Positions 7,829 to 16,576 of a stretch of DNA of 19,128 bases are shown in pieces. The notes beneath the pieces were generated by a model. The model was not told the DNA's origin and searched no databases. It saw nothing but the letters and a program-made list of their open reading frames with translations. Positions within the stretch are counted from its first letter, which is position 1, and every line of letters starts with the position of its first letter. The position numbers were made by a program, and so were the translations under genes. Origin of the DNA: Pseudobdellovibrionaceae bacterium (GTDB lineage Bacteria; Bdellovibrionota; Bdellovibrionia; Bdellovibrionales; Bdellovibrionaceae). The stretch lies in assembly GCA_039810425.1 (NCBI GenBank), contig JBDHWW010000053.1:1-19128 (forward strand), read 5' to 3'.

Positions 7829-8698
7829 ATGGACGACGTCTCTATTCTCCACCGCCGCGGCCACGGCAAGGCTCTCCCGGAACTGACCGAAGGTTTGGTT
7901 TGGAAGACTTGCTTGCGCCAGATTGCTTTCGTACCCGCGGGTGCGAAAGTGGTTGCTTATGACGAGGGCGATGAGATCTATTCTGGAAAAGATGCCTTCG
8001 CCTTTTTGCTCGAGATCATCTGTGGCTTGCAATCACCCATCGTTGGTGAAACCGAAATCTTCGGTCAGTTTAAAAACTTCGTCGGCACCGCGCTTGAAAA
8101 GAAAACATTACTGACTTTACAGCTTCGAGGTTTCTTCCAGTCGTTGATTCAAACGGCGAAGAGTCTTCGCGCTGAATATCTGGTGGGCTTGGGCTCGCAA
8201 GGTTACGGCAGCCTCGTTCGCAAGCTTGCGAAAAATGATAAAGCAGTGACTTTGCTTGGATCAGGCCAGTTGGTGGAAGAAGTTCTGCCTTGGGTTGCGA
8301 AGGAAAAATCGCTGCAAGTGGTTTGTCGCAATCCTGAGAAAGCACAAAGATTTGTTGAAAAATATCCCGCATTGAAAACCGAGTCGTTTGCCAGTGCACA
8401 AGAAGTTTACCCTTGTGTGGTGGTGGCGGCGCCGCTGACGGATGAAGCGCTTCTTCAATGGTTGAAGTCTTATAAGGTTCAAAAGATTCTTGATCTACGC
8501 GGTGAGCTGGAAAAGCCCGAACTTTTCAAAGATTACCAGTTCATTGGCCTTAAAGACGTTTTCGAGAACATTGAGGAAAATAAGAAAGATCTCAGCCGGA
8601 GAGTTGTTGCTCTCAAGGAATTGGTGCAGAGACGCGCGCAAGAATATTTCGATCGCACTTTGCATCGCCCTTACGGCTGGGAGGATTTGTGCATCTAA
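7829..8698 (+). CDS. hemA: Glutamyl-tRNA reductase, short form
   Basis: 289 aa with catalytic Cys motif KTCLRQ (canonical STCNR), CGLQSPIVGETEIFGQFK (canonical GLDS.v.GE.qI.GQvK) and Rossmann LLGSGQL. First gene of the hem operon. Confidence 0.88.
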   Translation: MDDVSILHRRGHGKALPELTEGLVWKTCLRQIAFVPAGAKVVAYDEGDEIYSGKDAFAFLLEIICGLQSPIVGETEIFGQFKNFVGTALEKKTLLTLQLRGFFQSLIQTAKSLRAEYLVGLGSQGYGSLVRKLAKNDKAVTLLGSGQLVEEVLPWVAKEKSLQVVCRNPEKAQRFVEKYPALKTESFASAQEVYPCVVVAAPLTDEALLQWLKSYKVQKILDLRGELEKPELFKDYQFIGLKDVFENIEENKKDLSRRVVALKELVQRRAQEYFDRTLHRPYGWEDLCI

Positions 8699-10191
8699 AA
8701 AGCCGCATCCGGCTGTCGGCTCGAAAAAGCGACCTCGCACGGTTGCAAGCTTACCAAGTCGGCGAAGCTCTTCAAAAGAAGATCCCTGGAATCGAAATTC
8801 AGTATAACTTCCGCGAATCCCTCGGAGACAAGAATCTCAGCGACCCTCTCTGGCGCATGCCCGAGAAGGGTGTCTTCACCGAGGACTTCGTGCAGGATCT
8901 GCTAGATGGCAAGACCGATTTGGTAGTTCACTCGTGGAAGGATCTGCCGACGGCTCCGCGGATTGGCACGAAGATCGCTGCAACTTTGCCACGTGCCGAT
9001 CAGCGTGATTTGTTTTTGTTTAAAAAATCTTCTGAAACGCGTGTTTGCTCTGTTGGTGAACTGAATGTGTTGAGCTCTTCGCCTCGCCGTGCTTACAATC
9101 TTGAAGGATTTTTAAAAGATCATCTTCCCTTCAGCTTGAACAAGGTTCAATTCCATAACGTCCGTGGCAATATTCAAACGCGTGTGCGGAAGATGCTTGA
9201 AGATGCGTCCGTGGACGGCTTGATCGTCGCGAAAGCGGCGCTGGATCGCTTGCTGACGGTGAAGGCTGCCGAGTTTAATGAAACCCGGCAGTTCTTGCGG
9301 GATACTTTGCAAGGGCTCCAATGGATGGTTTTGCCATTATCGGTGAACCCGAATGCCGCTGCACAAGGGGCGCTGGCGGTTGAAATCAAAGAAGGCCGCG
9401 AAGACCTTGAACAGGTTCTCACGCAAATTGATTGCCGTGAAACATTCACCGCTGCCCAGAAAGAGCGCGATGTGCTCGCGAGCTTTGGCGGCGGCTGTCA
9501 TCAAAAGATCGGTGTCGCGGTCTTGAAACGTCCTTATGGGGATGTGTTTTTCTTAAAGGGTCTCACGGACGCGGGCCAAGTTTTGAGTGAGAAGTCATTG
9601 CTCCGGGCATATCCGCCAAAGAAGTTTGCGGCGGACAAACTCGCGAGTTCAAAAGAGCTCAAGGTCGAACGAACGCATTCATTGAAGTTTGAAATTCCGG
9701 CCGATGTTCAAGGCTTGTGGGTGGCAAAGGCCGAAGCTTTTCCTGAAACATTGTTGTTTAGCGGCCTTGTGTGGACGGCGGGCCTTCAAACCTGGAAGAA
9801 AATCGCCAAACTTGGTGTTTGGGTGAATGGCTCCAATGAAGGTCTGGGTGAAGACGAAATCCCGCAAATCGAAACTTTATTTGGTTCAGTGGTTCGCTGG
9901 GCTAAATTAACTCATAAAGAGGCTCCGCAAGGGCCTGATAAGGATGTCGTTGCGACATATCAAGTCGACGTTCATACCGAGAGCTGGAGTATAGGTGCCC
10001 GTGAGGTGTTCTATTGGAATAGCGGGTCGCAGTTTTTGGCCGCCCTAACAAAAGAGCCTGGGCTGCGGCACAAAAGACATGCCTGCGGGCCGGGAAATAC
10101 GTATAAAATACTACGCGACCAGTTGGGTCCCCAGGCCCCTATTGAAATTTATTTGGATGAAGAGGATTGGAGAAAATCATGCAGTCTTTAG
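8689..10191 (+). CDS. hemC: Hydroxymethylbilane synthase with a C-terminal HemD-like extension (putative HemC-HemD bifunctional enzyme)
   Basis: 500 aa, GTG start. N-terminal ~300 aa carry [46 protein letters not shown] and cofactor Cys in GGGCHQ. About 190 extra C-terminal residues follow. Confidence 0.93.
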   Translation: MHLKSRIRLSARKSDLARLQAYQVGEALQKKIPGIEIQYNFRESLGDKNLSDPLWRMPEKGVFTEDFVQDLLDGKTDLVVHSWKDLPTAPRIGTKIAATLPRADQRDLFLFKKSSETRVCSVGELNVLSSSPRRAYNLEGFLKDHLPFSLNKVQFHNVRGNIQTRVRKMLEDASVDGLIVAKAALDRLLTVKAAEFNETRQFLRDTLQGLQWMVLPLSVNPNAAAQGALAVEIKEGREDLEQVLTQIDCRETFTAAQKERDVLASFGGGCHQKIGVAVLKRPYGDVFFLKGLTDAGQVLSEKSLLRAYPPKKFAADKLASSKELKVERTHSLKFEIPADVQGLWVAKAEAFPETLLFSGLVWTAGLQTWKKIAKLGVWVNGSNEGLGEDEIPQIETLFGSVVRWAKLTHKEAPQGPDKDVVATYQVDVHTESWSIGAREVFYWNSGSQFLAALTKEPGLRHKRHACGPGNTYKILRDQLGPQAPIEIYLDEEDWRKSCSL

Positions 10192-11462
10192 AGCTATTTG
10201 AACGAGCAAAGAAAGTCGCCCCCGGGGGGGTGCATTCTCCGGTGCGTTCTTTCAAAGGTTTGGACCATCATCCCATTTTCTTCAAAAAAGCTCAGGGTGC
10301 TTACCTGACAAGTGTTGAAGATAAACAGTACATCGATTTCTGCCAAAGCTTCGGGCCACTTATTTTGGGTCACCGTGATACCGATGTCGCTGAAGAAGTT
10401 CATCGCATGATAGATACGGCTTGGACGTTCGGTGCCTGCGAAATCTATTCTTTGGAACTTGCTGAGTGGATGACTCAAAGTTTGCCTTGGATGGAAAAGC
10501 TTCGTTTTGTATCTTCAGGCACCGAAGCGGTGATGAGCGCGTTGCGTGTGGCGCGTGCGGCGACGAATCGTACTAAGATTTTGAAATTTGAAGGTTGTTA
10601 TCACGGTCACGCGGATCAGTTGCTTGTGAAGGTGGGCAGCGGTCTTGCCGGCACCGCCGCTTCTAGCAGTGCGGGAATCTCAGCTGAAATCGCTTCAACG
10701 ACTTTGGTGACTCCGCTGGATGACATGGCAAGGCTGCGTGAAGTGTTCACGGCTCAAGGGAAAGATATCGCGGCGGTGATCATCGAGCCATTGCCTGCGA
10801 ATTACGGCCTCTTGGTTCAGCGCCAAGAGTTCTTGAGTGAAATTAAAAATCTTTGTAGAGCCAATGGCAGCTTGCTGATCTTTGACGAAGTGATCTCGGG
10901 TTTCAGAACCGCATTTGGCGGGATGGTGGAGCTCTCAGGCATTCGGCCGGATCTTGTGACTTACGGAAAAGTGATTGGTGGCGGTTTCCCTGTCGGTTGC
11001 TACGGAGGCCGTCAGGATTTGATGGACCTCGTTGCGCCAAATGGCAACGTATACCAAGCCGGTACTTTGAGCGCGAACCCGGTGGGAATGCGCGCGGGTC
11101 TTAAAACTTTGCAAAAAATGAAGTCTCTGAATGGCTGGAAAGTTCTGAATCAAAGAACGACGGTCTTCTGCCAGAAATTGCAAAAGGGCTTTGATGAAAT
11201 CAAAGCGCCGGTGCAAATTTCTTCGCACAGTTCATTGTTCTGGATCCACGGTCGCGTGAGCGACCCGATCCGTACGATTGAACAGATCCCACAAGGCCAA
11301 GGCGAGAACTTCAAAAAGTTGTTTTTAAGATGTTTGGATAAAGGTGTTTATCTTGCGCCCAATGCCTACGAAGTCGGTTTCTTATCGATGGCCCATACGG
11401 ATGTCATTCTGGATGAAGCGGCGAGCAAAATCTTGCAAGCTTCCCGTGAGGTTTTCGGATAG
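10179..11462 (+). CDS. hemL: Glutamate-1-semialdehyde 2,1-aminomutase
   Basis: Start reassigned to ATG 10179 (GGAG at 10169-10172). Motifs [33 protein letters not shown] lysine in [13 protein letters not shown], and [10 protein letters not shown]. Confidence 0.97.
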   Translation: MQSLELFERAKKVAPGGVHSPVRSFKGLDHHPIFFKKAQGAYLTSVEDKQYIDFCQSFGPLILGHRDTDVAEEVHRMIDTAWTFGACEIYSLELAEWMTQSLPWMEKLRFVSSGTEAVMSALRVARAATNRTKILKFEGCYHGHADQLLVKVGSGLAGTAASSSAGISAEIASTTLVTPLDDMARLREVFTAQGKDIAAVIIEPLPANYGLLVQRQEFLSEIKNLCRANGSLLIFDEVISGFRTAFGGMVELSGIRPDLVTYGKVIGGGFPVGCYGGRQDLMDLVAPNGNVYQAGTLSANPVGMRAGLKTLQKMKSLNGWKVLNQRTTVFCQKLQKGFDEIKAPVQISSHSSLFWIHGRVSDPIRTIEQIPQGQGENFKKLFLRCLDKGVYLAPNAYEVGFLSMAHTDVILDEAASKILQASREVFG

Positions 11463-12310
11463 TGTGGAAAGTTAAAACCCTTCTTGCCACTGTTTGGTTC
11501 TTTTTTGTCGTCTCCCTCGTCGGCTGGTGGTGGATTTATTTCATGAACTCGATTGTAGCGGCGAGTGGCCAAGAAATGAACCGCACCCACCGCATGTTCA
11601 TGTGGGAGGGCAGCATTCTTCTGGCGGCGCTCGTTATCGGGGGGCTTGCTTTGATTTTCCTTTCCTATCGTGATGAAAAACGGCATGAACAGCTCAGAAC
11701 TTTCTTTGCGACTTTCAGTCACGATATCAAAACCTCTATCACGCGCTTGCGCCTGCAGGCGGAAGTGCTGGAGGAGGACGGTGCCTCTCAGCAAAGCCCA
11801 GTGTTACAGCGCCTGATTAGAGATATCTCTCGTTTGGACTTGCAGCTGGAGAATTCATTGCTGCTTTCTACCAGTGACGCGCAAAAGGTACTGATCGAAA
11901 GAATGTCTTTATCAAAGCTTATTGAGTCATTGCGAATTCAGTGGAGTGAACTTGATTTTCGCTTGCAAAAAGAAGCGGAGGTCGTGGCGGATAGACACGC
12001 GATGGTCAGCGTGCTTCGTAATTTGATTCACAATGCGGTATTGCATGGACAAGCGACATCCATTGAGATCTCTGTGAGAGCTGTCGGTTCGGAGCAAATA
12101 GAAATCGCAATTCAAGACAATGGCAAAGGTTATGGCGGTAATGCGGGTTTGTTGGGGGCGGAAGTGCTTCCCTCAAAGAGCGAGCGTGGTAGTGGCATTG
12201 GTTTGTACCTCTGCCGCCGTTTAGTTAAAAAAATGGGCGGCGATCTTCGTTTTGAACATGCGACACCTGGCCTTCGCGCTATTGTTCAGATCTCGGGGAG
12301 ACCTCTATGA
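11462..12310 (+). CDS. Two-component sensor histidine kinase (Leptospira HemK-like by context)
   Basis: 282 aa, GTG start overlapping the hemL TAG. Two TM helices with a very short loop. H-box FSHDIKT, N-box NLIHNAVLH, G1 DNGKG and G2 GSGIGL. Confidence 0.93.
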   Translation: MWKVKTLLATVWFFFVVSLVGWWWIYFMNSIVAASGQEMNRTHRMFMWEGSILLAALVIGGLALIFLSYRDEKRHEQLRTFFATFSHDIKTSITRLRLQAEVLEEDGASQQSPVLQRLIRDISRLDLQLENSLLLSTSDAQKVLIERMSLSKLIESLRIQWSELDFRLQKEAEVVADRHAMVSVLRNLIHNAVLHGQATSIEISVRAVGSEQIEIAIQDNGKGYGGNAGLLGAEVLPSKSERGSGIGLYLCRRLVKKMGGDLRFEHATPGLRAIVQISGRPL

Positions 12311-12978
12311 GAAAAATTCTTCTCTTAGAAGATGATGTCTCGTTGGGAGAGACGCTGAAAGAGCGCCTTTCGAAAGAGTACAATGTGTTCTGGGTACAGA
12401 ACGTGCGCGCAGCAAAAGACCTTCTCGGTAAAGAGTCCAGTCTGGATCTCGTGATCCTAGACTTGGGTTTGCCTGATGGCACGGGGTTTGACGTCGCTGA
12501 ATTTATCCGCACACAAGATCAGCACCCGTTATTTATTTTCCTGACGGCGCAAGCGGATGCCGAGGCACGTTTGAAGGGGTTTGAACTCGGGGCGGAAGAG
12601 TTTATTCCAAAGCCTTTTCATCTGAAGGAACTGCTCATTCGGGTAAAACATGTTTTGGAGCTCCACGCCCCTCAGGCGGAAATTTCTATTGAGGGCACCG
12701 TGATTAATTTTACGACATTGTCGGTGAAAAGGCGCGATGGACCGATCGAGTATCCGCCTTTGACGGATCTTAAGATTTTACAGTTATTGATTGAACGCGC
12801 ACCTCGCGTGGTCAGTCGCGATGAGATGCTGAACGAAGTCTGGGGCCAGGATAAAAATCCGAGTCATCGGACGATTGATAACACCATCGTCCGCCTTCGC
12901 CAGTTGTTCGGCGACAAAGGCGAAGAATACATCCGCTCCGTTCGCGGTATCGGATACCAATGGTTTAAAGAGAATTAA
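12307..12978 (+). CDS. OmpR/PhoB-family response regulator (Leptospira HemR-like by context)
   Basis: 223 aa, ATGA overlap with the kinase. Receiver domain LLLEDD...ILDLGLPDGTG...FLTA...KPF and winged helix VSRDEMLNEVWG...RTIDNTIVRLR...IRSVRGIGY. Confidence 0.95.
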   Translation: MRKILLLEDDVSLGETLKERLSKEYNVFWVQNVRAAKDLLGKESSLDLVILDLGLPDGTGFDVAEFIRTQDQHPLFIFLTAQADAEARLKGFELGAEEFIPKPFHLKELLIRVKHVLELHAPQAEISIEGTVINFTTLSVKRRDGPIEYPPLTDLKILQLLIERAPRVVSRDEMLNEVWGQDKNPSHRTIDNTIVRLRQLFGDKGEEYIRSVRGIGYQWFKEN

Positions 12979-12990
12979 GGAAGTCGTACT

Positions 12991-14013
12991 ATGTCGAATA
13001 TTCTTTTTCAAAATGCCCTTCTTCGTAAACCACAAAATACGCCGCCGATTTGGTTCATGCGACAGGCGGGCCGGTATCATAAGCACTACCAAAACCTGCG
13101 TAAGGACCATAGCTTTGACGATCTTTGTAAAAAGCCAGAGCTTGCGGCACAAGTCGCCCTGGGCCCGGTGGAAGATTTCGATTTCGACGTCTCGATTCTT
13201 TTTAGCGATATCTTGTATCCATTGCAGGCGCTTGGTATGGGCTTGGAGTACACGGACCATGGTCCTCGCCTGGGCTTCCAGCTGACACCTGGCAATATTC
13301 AAAATCTGAAGTCCGGTGAAGATGTTGTGTCATTTATGAACTTCCAGAAAGCAGCTCTCCAGCAGACCCGCGCGGTATTGCCGAAGAGTAAATCTTTGAT
13401 CGGCTTTATCGGGGGCCCTTGGACTTTGTTTGTCTACGCAGTTGAGGGATCCCATGCCGGTAGCTTGACACAATCTAAGAAGTTAATTTCGCTCTTCCCG
13501 GAGTTTTTAAAGAAAATGTTACCATTACTGAAAGAAAACATCCGCTTGCAGTTATCTGGTGGTGCTGAAGTAGTGATGATCTTCGATACGGCGGCGGGTG
13601 AGTTGTCTCCGCTGAATTTCCAGAAATGGATTCAGCCCGTGTTGAAAGAGCTCAATGCTTTGGCGCCGGGAAAAATCGGCTACTACTCTAAGAGCACGCA
13701 AGCGGTGTACTTCAACCAAGAATTTTTGAACTTGCCGTGGGCGGGAGTGGGTTTTGACCACCGCTGGAATCTGACGAAGTGCTTCGGCTTGGTTAAGCAC
13801 GGTTTTGTGCAAGGCAATTTCGATCAAAGCTTGCTGTTTTTAGAAGAAGCTCAGCTTCAAGAGGAGCTGGGAATTTATTTGGAAAATATGAAGTCGCTGT
13901 CTGTTGAGGAACGAGCAGGATGGGTGAGTGGGCTGGGCCACGGCGTCTTGCCAAAAACTCCGGAAGGCAATGTTCGCCTTTTTGTCGAGACGGTGCGAAA
14001 GGTGTTTGCATGA
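12991..14013 (+). CDS. hemE: Uroporphyrinogen decarboxylase
   Basis: 340 aa with PIWFMRQAGRY, ILFSDIL, LIGFIGGPWTL, IFDT, QGNFD and LGHGVLP. Confidence 0.98.
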   Translation: MSNILFQNALLRKPQNTPPIWFMRQAGRYHKHYQNLRKDHSFDDLCKKPELAAQVALGPVEDFDFDVSILFSDILYPLQALGMGLEYTDHGPRLGFQLTPGNIQNLKSGEDVVSFMNFQKAALQQTRAVLPKSKSLIGFIGGPWTLFVYAVEGSHAGSLTQSKKLISLFPEFLKKMLPLLKENIRLQLSGGAEVVMIFDTAAGELSPLNFQKWIQPVLKELNALAPGKIGYYSKSTQAVYFNQEFLNLPWAGVGFDHRWNLTKCFGLVKHGFVQGNFDQSLLFLEEAQLQEELGIYLENMKSLSVEERAGWVSGLGHGVLPKTPEGNVRLFVETVRKVFA

Positions 14014-15374
14014 GTTCAAGCTCTGATATTTCAAAGCTCATCGCGAAATACGATGTGCAGGTACCTCGTTATACGAGTTATCCTACGGTGCCTTATTGGG
14101 AAGAGGCCCCCCGCCACGATCAGTGGGTGGATCATCTTCGTCAAACATTGCAGGATGCGGACAGCCGCTGGTCGATGTACATGCATCTTCCGTTCTGTGA
14201 AAGCCTTTGCACTTTCTGTGGTTGCAACAACAGCATCACGAAAGATCACAAGAAAGAAGCGCCTTATATTGATTCCCTGGTGAAGGAATGGAATGCCTAC
14301 AAAATACAAGTGCCGGAGCTGATGCAAAGTCGGCTGACGCACCTGCATTTGGGCGGCGGGACTCCGACATTTTTCTCACCTGAAAGCTTGAAGACTTTGA
14401 TTTCCGCGATTTGGAACGACGTCAAGAAGGACCCTCACCATTTCGAAGCGTCCATTGAAGTCGACCCCCGCAGAACATCGGTAGAGCACTTGAAAGTTTT
14501 AAAGGAACTTGGCTTTGACCGTGTCAGCATGGGGGTCCAGGATTTTAATCCTGAAGTTCAGCGCTTGGTCAATCGTATTCAGCCGTACGCGATCACTGCG
14601 AAACTTACTGAAGAAGCTCGAGCAATGGGTTTTCGTTCCGTGAACTATGACCTCATTTATGGTTTGGCAAAGCAAACAGTGGAGTCTTTCGCTGAGACCG
14701 CAAAGCTGACTGTGGCTTTACGCCCGGACCGTATTGCGCTTTATAGCTTTGCTTTGGTTCCATGGATTAAGCCGGCGCAGCGTTTGTTCAAGGATGAAGA
14801 TCTTCCAGCCGGTGCGGAGAAGCGTCGGCTTTATGAAATTGCGCGCGAGATTCTGATGAACGCGGGTTACGTTGAAATCGGTATGGATCACTTCGCGTTG
14901 CCGTCGGAAGCTCTTAGCATGGCGGCGCAAGCGAACAAGCTTCATAGAAACTTCATGGGGTATACAGATCAGAAGAGCGATGTTCTTCTCGGTTTGGGGG
15001 TCAGCGCCATTTCTGAGACTCCGTGGAGTTTCCATCAAAATGAAAAGTTACTCAATATTTACCAGGAGCGTGTGGCTAAGGGGGAAATCCCAACCCATCG
15101 CGGTCACGTTCACACTGATGAAGATCGTGAACGTCGTCAGCAGATCCTGACCTTGATGACCCAGTTGCAAGTTGGCCTGACCAGTCCTTCGCAAGCGGCG
15201 GCGGCCAAGAGCTTCTTGGGGGAGATGATGAAAGACGGTCTGGTTGAAGTGACTGAGAAAGAAATGAGCGTCACCGAGAAAGGGCGTCCTTTCTTGCGCA
15301 ATGCTTGCGTTTTTTTTGATGAGCGTCTTCGTAACAAGCAACCTCAGACCCAAGTTTTCTCGAAATCTATATGA
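14010..15374 (+). CDS. hemN: Oxygen-independent coproporphyrinogen III dehydrogenase (radical SAM)
   Basis: Start reassigned to ATG 14010 (ATGA overlap with hemE), giving 454 aa. Motifs PRYTSYP, HLPFCESLCTFCGC (CxxxCxxC), GGGTPT, SMGVQDF, IGMDHF and RNFMGY. Confidence 0.97.
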   Translation: MSSSSDISKLIAKYDVQVPRYTSYPTVPYWEEAPRHDQWVDHLRQTLQDADSRWSMYMHLPFCESLCTFCGCNNSITKDHKKEAPYIDSLVKEWNAYKIQVPELMQSRLTHLHLGGGTPTFFSPESLKTLISAIWNDVKKDPHHFEASIEVDPRRTSVEHLKVLKELGFDRVSMGVQDFNPEVQRLVNRIQPYAITAKLTEEARAMGFRSVNYDLIYGLAKQTVESFAETAKLTVALRPDRIALYSFALVPWIKPAQRLFKDEDLPAGAEKRRLYEIAREILMNAGYVEIGMDHFALPSEALSMAAQANKLHRNFMGYTDQKSDVLLGLGVSAISETPWSFHQNEKLLNIYQERVAKGEIPTHRGHVHTDEDRERRQQILTLMTQLQVGLTSPSQAAAAKSFLGEMMKDGLVEVTEKEMSVTEKGRPFLRNACVFFDERLRNKQPQTQVFSKSI

Positions 15375-16576
15375 AGAAAAAAGTGGTTATTGTCGGCGGA
15401 GGTTTTTCAGGTCTGGTGACGGCTTACTACTTAAGCCGCCTTGGGATTGAAGTCGATCTTCATGAAGCAAGCTTCCGTTTGGGAGGGTTGCTTGGCAGTG
15501 AAAGGCTTGAATCGGGTCTGGTTGAAACCGCCGCCAATGGGTTTATTTTGAATGACGTCTTGGTTGAGTTGCTGGAGGACATCGGGCTTGAATGCATTCG
15601 GCCACTTAAAGGCGCGCGTAAAAGATTTATCTTCCGTGGCGGATTTAAGCGGTGGCCATTGAATCTCATCGAGACCCTCGGTCTGATTTTGAAGATTCTA
15701 CCGCGCATTTTCTTTCGTCGGTCCTCCTTTGAACCGAAAGTGGATGAAACTGTTTGGGCGTGGGGCCTTCGTTGCCTGACCAGAGCCGCCACGAGGTATT
15801 TTTTAAGCCCGGCCCTCCAAGGAATCTATGCGGGTGATACCCATAGAATGAGTGCGGAGCTTATTCTTGGCCCGATGTTTGGTGGCAAGAAGCAAAAATA
15901 TCGCGGAACGGTGTCTTTCAAAAGAGGTATGGGCGAGTTCATCGCGGCGATCGAGAAGAAGCTCGTTCATCAGGGCGTGAAGATCCACTTGAATTCGTTC
16001 TATCAAATCGAAAACCTGGAAACCCCACACATCGTTTGCGTGTCGGCGGCCGCAGCGTCAAAAGCACTAGGGAACGTCGCGCCTGAAGTGGGTGCGCGGC
16101 TTTCAAAAATTGAGGTGTTGCCAGTCTTGAGTACGACGGTCTTTTTTGAAAATCCGCGCTTTAAGATCGAAGGCTTCGGCGTCTTATTCCCGGACGATCA
16201 GCGGTATCGCGTGCTAGGGATTTTGTCTCCGACTCGTATTTTTGAAAATCGCGGTCCGGGTTACAGCGAAACCTGGATTTTCGGTGGCGCTCATTCACCG
16301 GAAGTTCTTGAGAAGTCCAATGAGCATATTTTGGAACTCATTCAAAGTGAACGCACCCGTATTTTCGGACTGACTGATAAAGTGCGCGAATATCGTATGC
16401 ATCCTTGGCCGAAGGCATTGCCACATTATACTTTGGAACATAAAAAACTCCTTGGTGAGCTGCAACTGCCGAAGAACTTGTATTTGAATGGCAACTATAT
16501 GGGCGCCATCGGTCTCAGCAGAATTCTTATCCGCAGCAAGGAGCTTGCCCAGAAAGTTAGCGATGGCAGTAACTAA
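15371..16576 (+). CDS. hemY: FAD-dependent protoporphyrinogen oxidase (HemY/PgoX type, often annotated hemG)
   Basis: 401 aa with IVGGGFSGL, EASFRLGG, ETAANGF, GIYAGD, GFGVL, ALPHY and GNYMGAIGL. Lies between hemN and hemH. Confidence 0.9.
   Translation: MKKKVVIVGGGFSGLVTAYYLSRLGIEVDLHEASFRLGGLLGSERLESGLVETAANGFILNDVLVELLEDIGLECIRPLKGARKRFIFRGGFKRWPLNLIETLGLILKILPRIFFRRSSFEPKVDETVWAWGLRCLTRAATRYFLSPALQGIYAGDTHRMSAELILGPMFGGKKQKYRGTVSFKRGMGEFIAAIEKKLVHQGVKIHLNSFYQIENLETPHIVCVSAAAASKALGNVAPEVGARLSKIEVLPVLSTTVFFENPRFKIEGFGVLFPDDQRYRVLGILSPTRIFENRGPGYSETWIFGGAHSPEVLEKSNEHILELIQSERTRIFGLTDKVREYRMHPWPKALPHYTLEHKKLLGELQLPKNLYLNGNYMGAIGLSRILIRSKELAQKVSDGSN

Noticed and set aside
13920..14009. N-terminal extensions in the ORF track for hemN (also hemH 16488, hemL 10167, beta-barrel 6032, transposase-like ORF 19106)
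   Set aside because: They overlap upstream genes or precede better starts. Downstream ATGs fit SD position, coupling overlaps or family N-termini.
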